Assembly: GCA_040954595.2 (NCBI GenBank)
Contig: CM082577.2
Location: 20,000,303-20,064,302, forward strand
DNA: 64,000 bases
Direction of reading: 5' to 3'
DNA from: Balanoglossus misakiensis
Lineage: Eukaryota > Animalia > Hemichordata
The position numbers were made by a program, and so were the translations under genes. Below are positions 22,935-34,550 of the stretch, in pieces. The notes under the pieces were generated by a model that saw nothing but the letters and a program-made list of their open reading frames with translations, was not told the DNA's origin and searched no databases. Positions within the stretch are counted from its first letter, which is position 1. Each line of letters starts with the position of its first letter.

Positions 22935-24344
22935 GATAGTCGATCATCCACTCCCGTGTGAGGTAGTAACATGAAGATGTATGCTTTCTCAATTCACGCA
23001 ATTAGGGCTGATTCATAAATAGAACCCGGGGTCGGATTCTCATCATGAAGATGTATGCACCCAGCCTATATTAGGTTTCTCTTTATTCCCGTGTGCGATC
23101 TGGTGTCAATCCTTTTCAAGCTGTGTATACTTTTACTTTCCCTTGTTGGTCGACAACATGTACACTATTAAGGAATGCGATAATTAAAGAAAAAAGATCA
23201 CAAAGCTGAAGGTACCCATATATTGTGGCTATTTCCGCCCGGGGATGCTGCTGGGGGAAGAAGTAGGCCCTAAAGACAGAAAGACATTAGGCATATATTT
23301 TATAGGAGATAGGCCTAATTATCTGTCCGAGTAATTTCTTTTTTCACTGCACTGCATGCACTGCAAAGTTTGTTTTTATTTTACATTATATTAGGACTAC
23401 ATTAGCATTACTGCTAAAAATATTAATAAAATGTACCATATTTGTATCGTATGATCAACTGTGTACAATAATACGCCTAAAAATCATGCCTTATTAACAA
23501 ATTTGTTGGGCTTTTTCGCTATTACGGCCCCCAAACACACAACTCTGTCTGCTTTTAATCAGAATTGAATAAGGAAAAAATAACATGATATATAAATGTA
23601 ATTTTTTGAGAAAAAAAGAGCATCCGACCTAAAAACCGTGGAGACAAAAACATCGATGCTATTCCTATGACACGCTCACAGAAATAAAACATGCATAGAT
23701 TTCCGTCTAAGGGCTTCAAAAGTCGGTATTCGGTGACAAACATAGCACTGGCACTGTAATCACGAGCATAGCCTATAATAATCTGGACATTTTGTTAATA
23801 TGCCACCCGAAATAAATTCAAATTTGTCTTTGTTTGCGTTGACCAGAGACCTGATCAATACATGTTGTTGCCACCTTAGAAATGTAACATACATGTATAT
23901 TAATTTCAACCTTTTAGATGACTGACTGTTTTCCTTTCAGGTATCAAAGTATTTCGCCATTGTTTCCCAAGTTTCTATTTGAAACTTGGAAATATTGTAA
24001 TACAATAAAATTCAAATACGGGTCTCCAGGAACCTTGCTGCGGCAAATCTGCCTCTCTAGTTCGGTTTTCGGTTTCAATTTTTCAGTTGGGTTTTTGGGC
24101 CTACCGTTTAATTTACTGCCGCGCGAGTTTTTTTCTCCAATTAGTTTAGTTATAGAAAAAAAATGCAGGTTCTCCCAAGGAATCAACCATAGTTGATGTG
24201 GAGTTTCTGCCCATCAAACTGATATAGCAGATTTATTAAGCCGTGACGAAAATGCAGTTATGTTATACGCTCTTACTGAAGCTATGGCCTCAAATTTTGC
24301 TTAAAAGCCCCAACTTTTTCATGACAAAAGTAGGCTAGAGATGC

Positions 24345-24478
24345 CACAGGCGAAGTAGGCGTCCGGTTTGGGGAACAAATACAACAACCACCGTCATGAT
24401 AAGATGTACAAATGTATGAGCGCGGTGATTTGAATTGAGACGCCTCGCGCAGCTTGTATCAACTGAAAGGTCCCGCCC

Positions 24479-24545
<67 letters not shown>

Positions 24546-24670
24546 TTTGTTTGTTTGTTTGTTTGTTTGTTTGTTTGTTTGTTTGTTTGTTTGTTTGTTT
24601 GTTTGTTTGTTTGTTTGTTTGTTTGTTTGTTTGTTTGTTTGTTTGTTTGTTTGTTTGTTTGTTTGTTTGT

Positions 24671-24733
<63 letters not shown>

Positions 24734-24785
24734 TTTGTTTGTTTGTTTGTTTGTTTTCCCAAACCGGACACCTACTTCGTGCTGA
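24345..24785. mobile_element. CACAGG-family MITE with an expanded microsatellite in the right TIR
   Basis: Left CACAGGCGAAGTAGGCGTCCGGTTTGGGGAAC, right GTTTTCCCAAACCGGACACCTACTTCG. A related left end is at 21604. Confidence 0.7.
24479..24755. repeat. Compound tetranucleotide microsatellite (TTTA)n(TTTG)n(TTTA)n(TTTG)n
   Basis: Directly visible. Confidence 0.97.
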
Positions 24786-25130
24786 TGCGTTTTGAAATGA
24801 AACCCACTATGTAGTACTCTGACCCATGTGAAAGTCTACATTTGCCGTAATCGAACTACCTGTAGCTACAGGCAGGTTAGTGATTACAACTGTAGGCATA
24901 TGTACCTACCACATTTTCCCCAATATATTGCCTCTTTTCGCGCAACATCAGCCCTCTTCAGTTTCTTGTCTTTGTTCGATTGTTTCAGCCTATCTGGTTA
25001 AGCACATAGACCCTAGATGTTTAGCAGCTATAGTACACAATGGTCAGGAATTTTCTTCGGAAATGAATAGCAACTCTGGATAGGCAGTTCGATTGCATTT
25101 TAGTTAGCATTCAACGCTTTGTCTCAGTTT

Positions 25131-25223
25131 TACCGTGGACGATAACTACAAAGCGTGTCTAGGTTTTGCAAAAAGGTGGGTGTAGAGAAACCTAGACACG
25201 CTTTGTAGTTATCGGCCACGGTA
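25131..25223. mobile_element. 93-bp hairpin mini-element with direct-repeat flanks
   Basis: CAGTTT|TACCGTGGACGATAACTACAAAGCGTGTCTAGGTTT ... AAACCTAGACACGCTTTGTAGTTATCGGCCACGGTA|CAGTTT. Confidence 0.75.
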
Positions 25224-25281
25224 CAGTTTTGCCCAGTGTTGTAACCCTGGAGGTAGGCCTACCACAGGGAACAGATGAATC

Positions 25282-25386
25282 TTGTTGTGTTGTGTTGTGT
25301 TGTGTTGTGTTGTGTTGTGTTGTGTTGTGTTGTGTTGTGTTGTGTTGTGTTGTGTTGTGTTGTGTTGTGTTGTGTTGTGTTGTGTT

Positions 25387-25448
<62 letters not shown>

Positions 25449-25489
25449 GGTGGTGGTGGTGGTGGTGGTGGTGGTGGTGGTGGTGGTGG

Positions 25490-25543
<54 letters not shown>
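25282..25543. repeat. Compound microsatellite (TTGTG)n(TTG)n(TGG)n(TGA)n inside a solo CACAGGGAAC foldback arm (25263-25628)
   Basis: Preceded by CACAGGGAAC and followed by ATGTGTCATT..CCTAGGTCGCC..CACTACCGTCTTA, which match the 17189 TIR. Confidence 0.9.
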
Positions 25544-25544
<1 letters not shown>

Positions 25545-25818
25545 AAAATGTGTCATTCCTTGCTGTTGTTTTTAGATGTTTTTATTAGTGACAAAAAACC
25601 TAGGTCGCCCAACGCCACTACCGTCTTATTATTTAATATATGTAAAGGTAAAGATGCGGCCTAAATAATATACTTGAGGGTCTCTCCCACCCGTAATAAA
25701 GTTTGAAAGCTACCTTAGGGTCAAAGGTTATGAAACTGGACATCGTCGTAAAAGAACAGTCTCTTTTACGGTATCTGACGATCATAGTAGTGTTCTATCT
25801 TTCGACTTTCGTGGTGAG

Positions 25819-25866
25819 ATGGAGTTACCGGACACATTTTACAACAAAGCCGAATACATAGAAACG
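25819..25866 (+). CDS. DCTN5: DCTN5 exon 1 (dynactin subunit 5, p25)
   Basis: MELPDTFYNKAEYIET|gtaggt, 48 nt. Confidence 0.95.
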
Positions 25867-27354
25867 GTAGGTGAGATGTATAGATTAATCTCAATTACTT
25901 TCTGTGATGTAGTGCCTCTTATTGGGGGCGTTTCTGGTCGTTGAGTTAATAGGAGATCGAGATGCCCGTACTTGTACTTTGGAGGCCTACATTTTTAGGA
26001 TCTTTTGAATTTGTGTGCCAGCCCAGCGCATCGTGGACTCTTCCATTCTCTGGTGGGGACTACCCGCAAACCAAACACGCCATTTTCAAATGCTTACTGT
26101 CGACATATGTCTGCTGTCGTCTACATCCACTCCTACCACGCCTACTTTTGAAAATAATTGCAATTTCTGGCTTACATTTGTGGTTGATGAATCTTATTAT
26201 TTAAATGCACATGAGCTGCAACTAATGACATTACTTTCACGATATTTTGGGTTTAGGGTTAGTAGGGTCATGGAGGTATGGTAGGGTTAGGGCTAAGTTT
26301 TATGGAGATAGGTCGCTCGTCTGCAATAAAAAAAAGAGAAAACGTCAAAACCAACGGGTCATTCGCCAATATAATAAAGTATTTAAAAAAAAAATCCACA
26401 GTTTTGTTCCAAAATAAATTTAAGTAGTTTTTTTTAATAAATGTTTACGACCCATAGTCAGGTGTCTCGCCACTCTCACCCTGGCAAACAGCCCGTCCCC
26501 ACCAGAGAATGGCAGAGTCCAAGAAGCGCTTGGCTGGCACATAAATTCAAATGATCACATTTTGACAATGAGCGTTAAATATATGCAGGCCCTCCCCCTA
26601 CTGTCGCCCCAACTTGAAATCGATGATATCTGCCATATTGTCTTGAAATGGAGCCGAGTGATGTGTTCTTCATACGGGAAAAGTTCATAGAAACGGTGAG
26701 TTTTTGAAGGCGGGTCATGCTTTTGTCAATGAAGGACGTCACGTGAGCAACTGATGACGATAAAACTCGTACGTATTTCTCCATCATTCCAGTTCGAGGC
26801 ATTGATTCCGGCAAACAGTGAACCTATATGCTTAAATCTAATGTTAATTGTTAAAAGGGTCTGCGCAGAAACGATGTGTTCAAGGGAATTTGAAGCGTGT
26901 GCTGTAATCATGTTAATTGTATGGCTCAATGATTAGCACGGTGGTAGGTAGGGGCAGTTCAGTTTGGTCCCCATGCAAAACCTACTGATCACCAGTAGGC
27001 CCAGGTATAGTATTAACCCTATTGCTACCGGGTGTCATAACCCGTTAGAGTCTCAAGTCCATATAGATACGTATCATCACTGGAATACGTATTTAGACAG
27101 TGTTGGTTTCTTTGATTAGCTGCCATGTGTGTATTTAGACAGGGTCGTTTGCCTCAATCTAGCTGTATCCACTGTTTATGATCATCTTGGCCTGATCAAA
27201 TTACCCAGCAGAGGGGTTTAGTATGTACTCAGCTGTTCAAATATTTGACATTACACAGTCTGATACCAATTCATTTCTCCACAGTCAAGTATGCCCGGGA
27301 TTCTAGGGGGGTAGGAAAATAACTACGTTTCCTACTGACTTGGCACTGTTAGGG

Positions 27355-29662
27355 TTTATTTATTCAGCCAATAACATTATAAAATATTACAGGAAATCAT
27401 TTTGTTGGACTCGCAATGAATGAACACACACACAAACACACACACCCATGGAATAAAAGCATTGGTAAAAAACTAGAATCCTTAGAACAACTTGTAAATA
27501 TGTGATGACTAGAATCACTAAGATTTACGATTGTAGAGACGAACTGCAGAAGAAATAAAACTATAGGACAAACGATTAGTACTAGCAGATATAGATCTTA
27601 ACCTTTTTCCTGATGGTAAAGAATGCAGAAACTCATTAACAGGATGGTAACAGTCATTAATAATACTGGTGATACGTTTCTTCGTACGTTTTTCAAAGAT
27701 GGTCTGAATGTTATCCATCTTCACTCCAATGATGTAAGATGCTGTTTTGACAACACGATTGAGATTGTCTAGTTCTGACTTCGCTGTAGAATTATACCAG
27801 ACAATGATGGAACTTGTCAAGCAGGATTCAATCACTGCTCTATAAAAATTCACCATGATTTGTTGGCTCACACCAAATGATTTCAGTCTACGCAAAAAAT
27901 ACATCCTCTGCTGCGCTTTCTTCAGATTTGCTTCCACTTGAGTAGTCCATTTCAGAGTGTTCATAATATGTGTACCTAAAAATTTAAAACTAACTACTAT
28001 CTCTACGTTTTTGCCATTAATTACTACGGGTTCGAACACACGATCAAACTGATTCCTGCTAAAATCAACTATAATCTCCTTCGTGTTATCGACATTTAAA
28101 ATCAAGTTATTATTATCACACCACTTCACTAGTGAACTCACTTCTTCACGATAGATGAACTCATTGCCATTCACAATCAGGCCACTCAAATTGGTATCAT
28201 CTGCAAATTTTACCATTATACACGACAGATCGGACACTCTACAATCGTATGTGAATAAACTGTATAGTAGTGGCGATAAACCGCAGCCTTTAGGGGTGCC
28301 AGTGCTTAATACTAATCAATTAGAAAAATTAGAACCTATTTTTACAACTTGCTTACGCTCCAATAAAAAATCTAAAATCCAGTTGCACAATGAAATAGGT
28401 AATTTGAGTTCAATCAGTTTCAAGTAAAGCTTCGAAGGAATGATAATGTTAAAAGCCGAGGAATAATCAATAAATAAGATGCGAGCAGTTTTCCAGGTAA
28501 CATTCTTCGATTTCGAAGGTTCCAGATGACTCGCAATTGAATGAAGACAATATGAAACAGCATCTTCCACGCAGCGATTCGAACTATATGCAAACTGGTA
28601 AGGGTCTAGATCACGATGTAGAACAGATTTCATAAAGCCACATGCCTATAATCATTGAGAGAACTGACAGTTTTCTTCTTTGGAACGGGAACTATGATAG
28701 AATCTTTATAGCATTTCGGTAAACGGCATATGCGTAGTGACCAATTGAAAATAAAGCCCTGAACGTCAGCCAGTTGGTAAGCACAGGAGACGTGGCGTGA
28801 TCATGTTGGGCCCCGCTGCTTTCTGGACATTCAAGCCAGATAACACCTTGGCAATATTCCATGGCTGAATAGTAAACGGCGGGTCACACTGGGTCTCATC
28901 TAGTGTAGTGTGCGATGAACTGACTTTAGGATTATTGCGGTCAAAGCGGGCATAAAATTGATTAAGTTGATCTGGCAGTGTGGCATCATTGACATCGATC
29001 GATGGTGAAGTTTGTTTATAATTGGTAATATTCTGGATACCGGCCTATAAGTCACGTGTATTATTGCTGTCCAAATTATCTTCCAGGCGTTGGCGATATC
29101 TGAGTTTGGCTGCTTTAATGCTCTTCTCAAGATCATATCTAGCCTGCCGATATGCAATCCGATTGGTCGACCTCAGTTTGTAGGCATTATCCCGTGCTCG
29201 TATTTTGGTCAAACCAGGGTTTAGAATTCGGATACTGAGTGATCGTCCTAGTTGGCATACAAACTTCTTGACAAAATCGTATATACCCGGACACAGTGTC
29301 GGCATACTCGTCCAGCGAGTCAGCAGTGTTGAAAACGTCCCAATCAGTGACCTCAAAACAATCACGTAATATATCAATAGATGACTCAGGCCACCTTGTG
29401 ACACTCTTCTTCACAGGTGCAGAACGTTTGAGCTGTTGTTTATAGGCCCATGGCATGGAATTAATATCGTCCGAGAAATTTCATCTAAATCCGTGAGAAC
29501 AGGTTTACTGAATACATTAATAGCATCCCGGATAGCTAGAAGTTCTTCACTGCCATACTGATAATGATATGTAACCAAAGCATTATTCTATAAAATAAGG
29601 TAAAAAAAGACTAAAGTGATCAGAGCGCGAGCCAACACGTCGCCATGCACCGGCGCCATAGT
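27355..29662 (-). mobile_element. Degenerate Rex1/Babar LINE in DCTN5 intron 1
   Basis: AYKQQLKRSAPV, LRDCFEVTDWDVF, YPNSKPWF, LDPYQFAY..NRCVEDA, ARILFIDYSSAFNIIIP, KFADDT..REEV..WC..NNL.LNV..TKEIIVDF, KKAQQRMYFLRRL, LPSGKR.RS. Frameshifted. A ATGGCGCCG-type 5' end is at ~29660. Confidence 0.85.
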
Positions 29663-31009
29663 GATATCATGGAGCCTAGACCTCTAGGCGGATAGGGTAT
29701 CTGCAATGCATGATGGTATATTTGCGTTCAACATAGCGCCTAGTACATGGCTAACGCATATGCTTAGAATGCAAACTTCCCCACAACCCCCTGCGTTATG
29801 CTATCCGCGAAGTGGTCTATGGATGTTCTCATGATGATTTTAATACAAAACCGAAAATGAAACCAGTGTCAATGATTTGTGGGGGCAATATCTTGTATTT
29901 TGGGGCATATTTTCTATTTTGATAAAAATATATTTCTCAGAAATTGTATGGCTGATTACTTTCAAATTTGAGTTGTAGGTTAATGGGATGGGCTTCTTTA
30001 GATTTATAATGGAATCAAATCGTAGGTAATTTGGATTGTTTATATTTTGTAGGATATTTAGTCTTATACCACAAAAAAATTAATCTCAAGAAGAGAAATT
30101 ACCATTACATAGTTCTTTGTAATTAGAGAGGAACCCCCTCCTGAGATTTTTATACACAGCAAATTCCTGCATGATTACATAACTGGCTAACTATTAAAAG
30201 AGACCAACTGTTCTATTTAGTGTATTTACAGTACATATACCATTGGCAGCTTATGGGTCAGTCAGTATTTGCCCATTGATCTCTCTCTATATGTGTGTGT
30301 GTGTGTGTGTGTGTCTGTCTGTATATATGTACTCTGGTGTAGACTTATACTTGTGTAATCGCTAAATGCTACCAGCGTGTCCTTGACGTGATTTTTACGT
30401 CCCATTGGTTACCATGGGACCTTATGGGATCAGTTGCGTCTGTAATATGTATGTATGGATGGATGGATGTATGGATGTATGTCTGTATGTCCGTCCACAT
30501 CAAAATCTTGAAACCGCTGCGTGTATCACCTTGATATTTGGTGTGCTGATGCAGGCTGGGCTGTAGATGGGAGTTTGTTCAAATAAAATTGTCATTGCCA
30601 AAAATATGCAAATTAGCTGGACAAATGTGAATTTGGTCAAAACTCAGTAACTCAAGAACTACTGGTCAGATTGCTTTGCAAAGTGGTGTGTATTTACTTT
30701 ATTGAGTTGTTTTAATTAGGCAGGAACTCCCCTCCTGTGATTCATATAAACACAGAAAATTCCTGAATGATTACATAACTGGCTAAGTTTTAAAGAGGCC
30801 AGCTGTTCTATTTAGTGTATGTACAGTACATATGCCATTGGCAGCTTATGGGTCAGTCAGTGTTTGCCCATTGATCTCACGCTATGTGTGTGTGTGTGTG
30901 TCTGTCTGTCTGTCTGTATATGACCATGTACTCCGGTGTAGACTTTTTCTTGTGTAATAACTCAATGGGACCACCGTGTCCTTGATGCGATTTTTCATTT
31001 ACTTTCTAA

Positions 31010-31189
<180 letters not shown>

Positions 31190-32714
31190 TAAAAAGAAAT
31201 TTCTTTGAAAATGTCCTACAAGATACAATTGACCATTCATACGATCATAACCTAACTTTGAAAAACCATTGACTTCACATCACTCCCAAATGATTTCACT
31301 TATTTCTTAAAAAAAAGCTTATTGAAAGTCATGAAGAAGATGTGACTGAGAGCATATGACCCCTGTAAATAATTCCTTAAGTTCAATAAGAATTAAGATT
31401 TATATTGTACCCTACTGCAAAATCAGGGTGCTCTCTTTCAAGGTCATATATTAATGGGGGAACGATTCAACACATATTATCTCCAGAAGGTGGATGATGT
31501 GGGTATACATTTCTATTATTTGAAAAACAGTCCTACCATGGAGCTATAACTTAAAAACGAAGGAGCTACAACGACACAACGAGTAATGACGAAATAGCAA
31601 ATTGGAGAAACTAGGGCAGGACAGAAATTATAGACGGGTAGGGCTGATTTCTGAAGTGGGTCACTATTTAGTATTTTCACATAATCATGTTCAAAGGGTC
31701 ATGAAATTTCATGTATTCTAGGGGTTAAACTTCATGTATTAATTTGATATTTTCCGTACTACCAAACTTGCTGCATATGTGAATTTTTATATGTTGTTAA
31801 ATGTTGACATTAAACGGACAAAGTCTTTCTTTTTGATTTAAAAAATCCATTAAATACTTCCTCCAAATCAATAAGTAACTTATACGATGAACACATATGG
31901 CTTGAAGAATACTGCAAACTATGTTTTTCCCATTACGCTAAGATTGACCTTACGTCTGGCCACAAGCGTGATTTGAACAAACCGCCATTTTGAACCCGAC
32001 TCAGCGGCAAGCAGTGTAATATCACTGAGTCAAGTCCGACTTGAAACATTTGAGTCAATTATGTTAGAATTAAATGGAGTTGAAGTTCCTAACCTCGCTG
32101 TGATTTTACTGGGACACGTTTTAGAACAAATTACAGAAAGTAGGCCTACACGATTCGCGCCATGATACCGCCACACATACACAGTGATTATACGCGCGCA
32201 CACACATGATGCTAATAGTGTGGGGACCAGGAACTTGTGACCCAATGGTGCGTTTCCAACGGCAAGGAGTGTTTGATTTCATTCTAATTTCAGATGTTTC
32301 TGGGCTCGCTCGAGTTTTTTGTACTTATGCAGTGAGTTGTGGGCCAGCACGTTTACGTTTACCAGACGCGTGAGCTCACGCCCGATTTAATAAATGGTAA
32401 AGACTGATTATTCATTTTGGCGAGTTTTTTACTCTCGTGTCTACAAGTTGGATGGAATTTGTGTGTGGTCGAACGTTGGTTCATTATATATCCACATGTA
32501 AAATAACATAAACAGTGTCTTGTAATAGTATCAAACATAATAAATTGAAAAAAAAAAGGCAGCGAGAGAGCGACTTCTTCCCTTTAAGGCTGTAATACTT
32601 ACTAATAAGTTTCCTGACAAAGAATAAATTAATGTTCTACGTACAATCATATACAAGCCAAACTAAAAATGAAGGTAAAAATTACAGCCTTTATAATAAC
32701 AAATTGTACTTTAA

Positions 32715-33218
32715 GGTGGCATTGCATGAAACCATTGAGACTTTTTCAGAAGCCTATTTCTCCTCAAAGACAAAGTTAAAACCCCCATAAACCATATATA
32801 TTCTGGAAGCTGAGATTTTGAACTTTTGTTTGAGTTGCAAATATTATTGATCCCCGGAAATGGTGGCGATTTTGGGTGAAAAAAACCATTTTTTGATATT
32901 ATGTCATGAAATTTAAAATAGGTAAAAAAGTTGACCATGCATCATGCATCTTAATATGTCATTCGAAACTGGAGTACACGTGCAAAAAAACTGGCCGTCA
33001 AGAGCAGCGAAAATGCAAACTGAGAAAAACGGCCATTTGCATTGTTGACACCTATTTGTTAAGCTGTGAACTCATTCAGAAAAGTGCTATTTTGGGGGTG
33101 ATTATGCACCATTTCCGCCAAGACGTATTAGTCAGGGTGTGGGTCAGTATAAGGCCTACCGATTTATGTAAAAGAAGTAAAATTTGGCAAAAATCACAAC
33201 TTTTCATGCAATGCCACC
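32715..33218. mobile_element. Kolobok-like MITE
   Basis: TTAA|GGTGGCATTGCATGAAA ... TTTCATGCAATGCCACC|TTAA. Confidence 0.82.
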
Positions 33219-33411
33219 TTAAGTTAAGTAGTAGACAATAATTTATGAGATTTTTTATCTTTTTTCATTGACTTGAAATCTTGCAAAAAAGTGATTATTT
33301 GTTACCTTGGTTAAAGTGTCTTTGAAAGTTCCAAGGTTTACCAGGTAGTTTCAAGTGATCACCCGGTCTTAGAGAATTTTCCTATTCTAAATTTCTATGT
33401 TCTATCTGCAG

Positions 33412-33530
33412 ACTATTATCCAATCAGACTGTATTATTCGTGGTGACTTGGCCAATGTGAGGATTGGAAGGCATTGTGTTATAGGCAAACGAACAGTTGT
33501 CAGACCACCATTTAAAAAGTTTAGTAAAGG
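33412..33530 (+). CDS. DCTN5: DCTN5 exon 3
   Basis: ctgcag|[39 protein letters not shown]+GG|gtaagt, 119 nt. Confidence 0.97.
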
Positions 33531-33605
33531 GTAAGTACTGGAAGTATTGTACCTTTTAAGTTAGGATATCTCATATTCATTACTGTCAATATCATTATGC
33601 ATTAA

Positions 33606-33841
33606 AGTGAAGGGGTCGTCGCGCCTCGTTTGTTTGTTTATAAACATTACAATTCATCCACAAATCCCTCCAATAAGATAATTCTTAGAATGAACGAAGC
33701 AGCCAACCATAGCATAGACTGGGCATGACAGCGACTGAAGATCCTAGTAGGTCGTGGCGACTGCAGTGGGATTTGCGCTGGTATTGGGAGGACATATTCT
33801 CATCAAGGGGGACACCCACGCGGCGCGACGACCCCTTCCCT
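33606..33841. mobile_element. Kolobok-like MITE
   Basis: TTAA|AGTGAAGGGGTCGTCGCGCC ... GGCGCGACGACCCCTTCCCT|TTAA. Confidence 0.8.
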
Positions 33842-33884
33842 TTAAGCATATGTTATACAAATTTTGAAATCAAACATGACAGCA

Positions 33885-34550
33885 TAATGTTTTAATAACT
33901 GCCATGGATATATTGATGACCTCATTAGTCTTAATAATCCTAATATATCCTAATTATCTCCACCACATATTAACAGATGACTTGGAATAGAAGCAACAGA
34001 AAATGTGAGCTCAGGGTTATATCTATTTTGAAATCAGACAAAATACGTTTTATACTAAGCTGTTTGACAAAAGGGATGATTTCAACTTTGAAATCATAAG
34101 CTTTCCATATTTGTCCAGTAATATTCCATCAGGTCCAGCTTATTGCGTAAAATACATTTCACAACTACTCAGCTACTGTAGAGCTTGTGACTCATATGAA
34201 GACAGCTTATTAACATCCAAGGATTCTGCAAAAGCAGAATGGTTGGTCATTTAAGAAGTTCTATGGTAGATCATGTAGTGATGTTGTTTCCAAATATGAC
34301 ACGTCTGTCACTCAAATGATGAGTGACAGCATTCCTGGATTTGACTTGCAACAGTGATTTCACTTGAATCAAATTGTTACTTGGGGTCAGTCTTGACGGG
34401 TGTAGCATGCCAGCAGGATACGCTTACCCATTCCAGACACTTAGTATCACCACTTAGTATGGGTTCAAGAAGATCCTGTTAAATTGTCATATTTCTTTCT
34501 TGGACCTGGTAATTAGCTTACCTTGAATGATAATGATTATTATTATTAGA
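33885..34550 (+). mobile_element. Penelope-like RT C-terminal fragment (no downstream endonuclease)
   Basis: YIDDLISLNN, KLFDKRDDFNFEIISFPYLSSNIPSGPAY, YISQLL.YCRAC, KKFYGR, then a 3' region and an (ATT)n tail. Confidence 0.7.

Noticed and set aside
24435-25664. Low-complexity ORFs (FIYL/FVCL repeats, poly-C/W/V/G/D)
   Set aside because: These are translations of stop-free microsatellites, not proteins.
26265-26300. TTAGGG-like telomeric repeats (also CCCTAA-like at ~47843-47880)
   Set aside because: Only a few degenerate units, so not an interstitial telomere array.
26751-26790. CTGATGA followed by a short stem (possible hammerhead)
   Set aside because: There is no GAAA core after stem II and no stems I or III.
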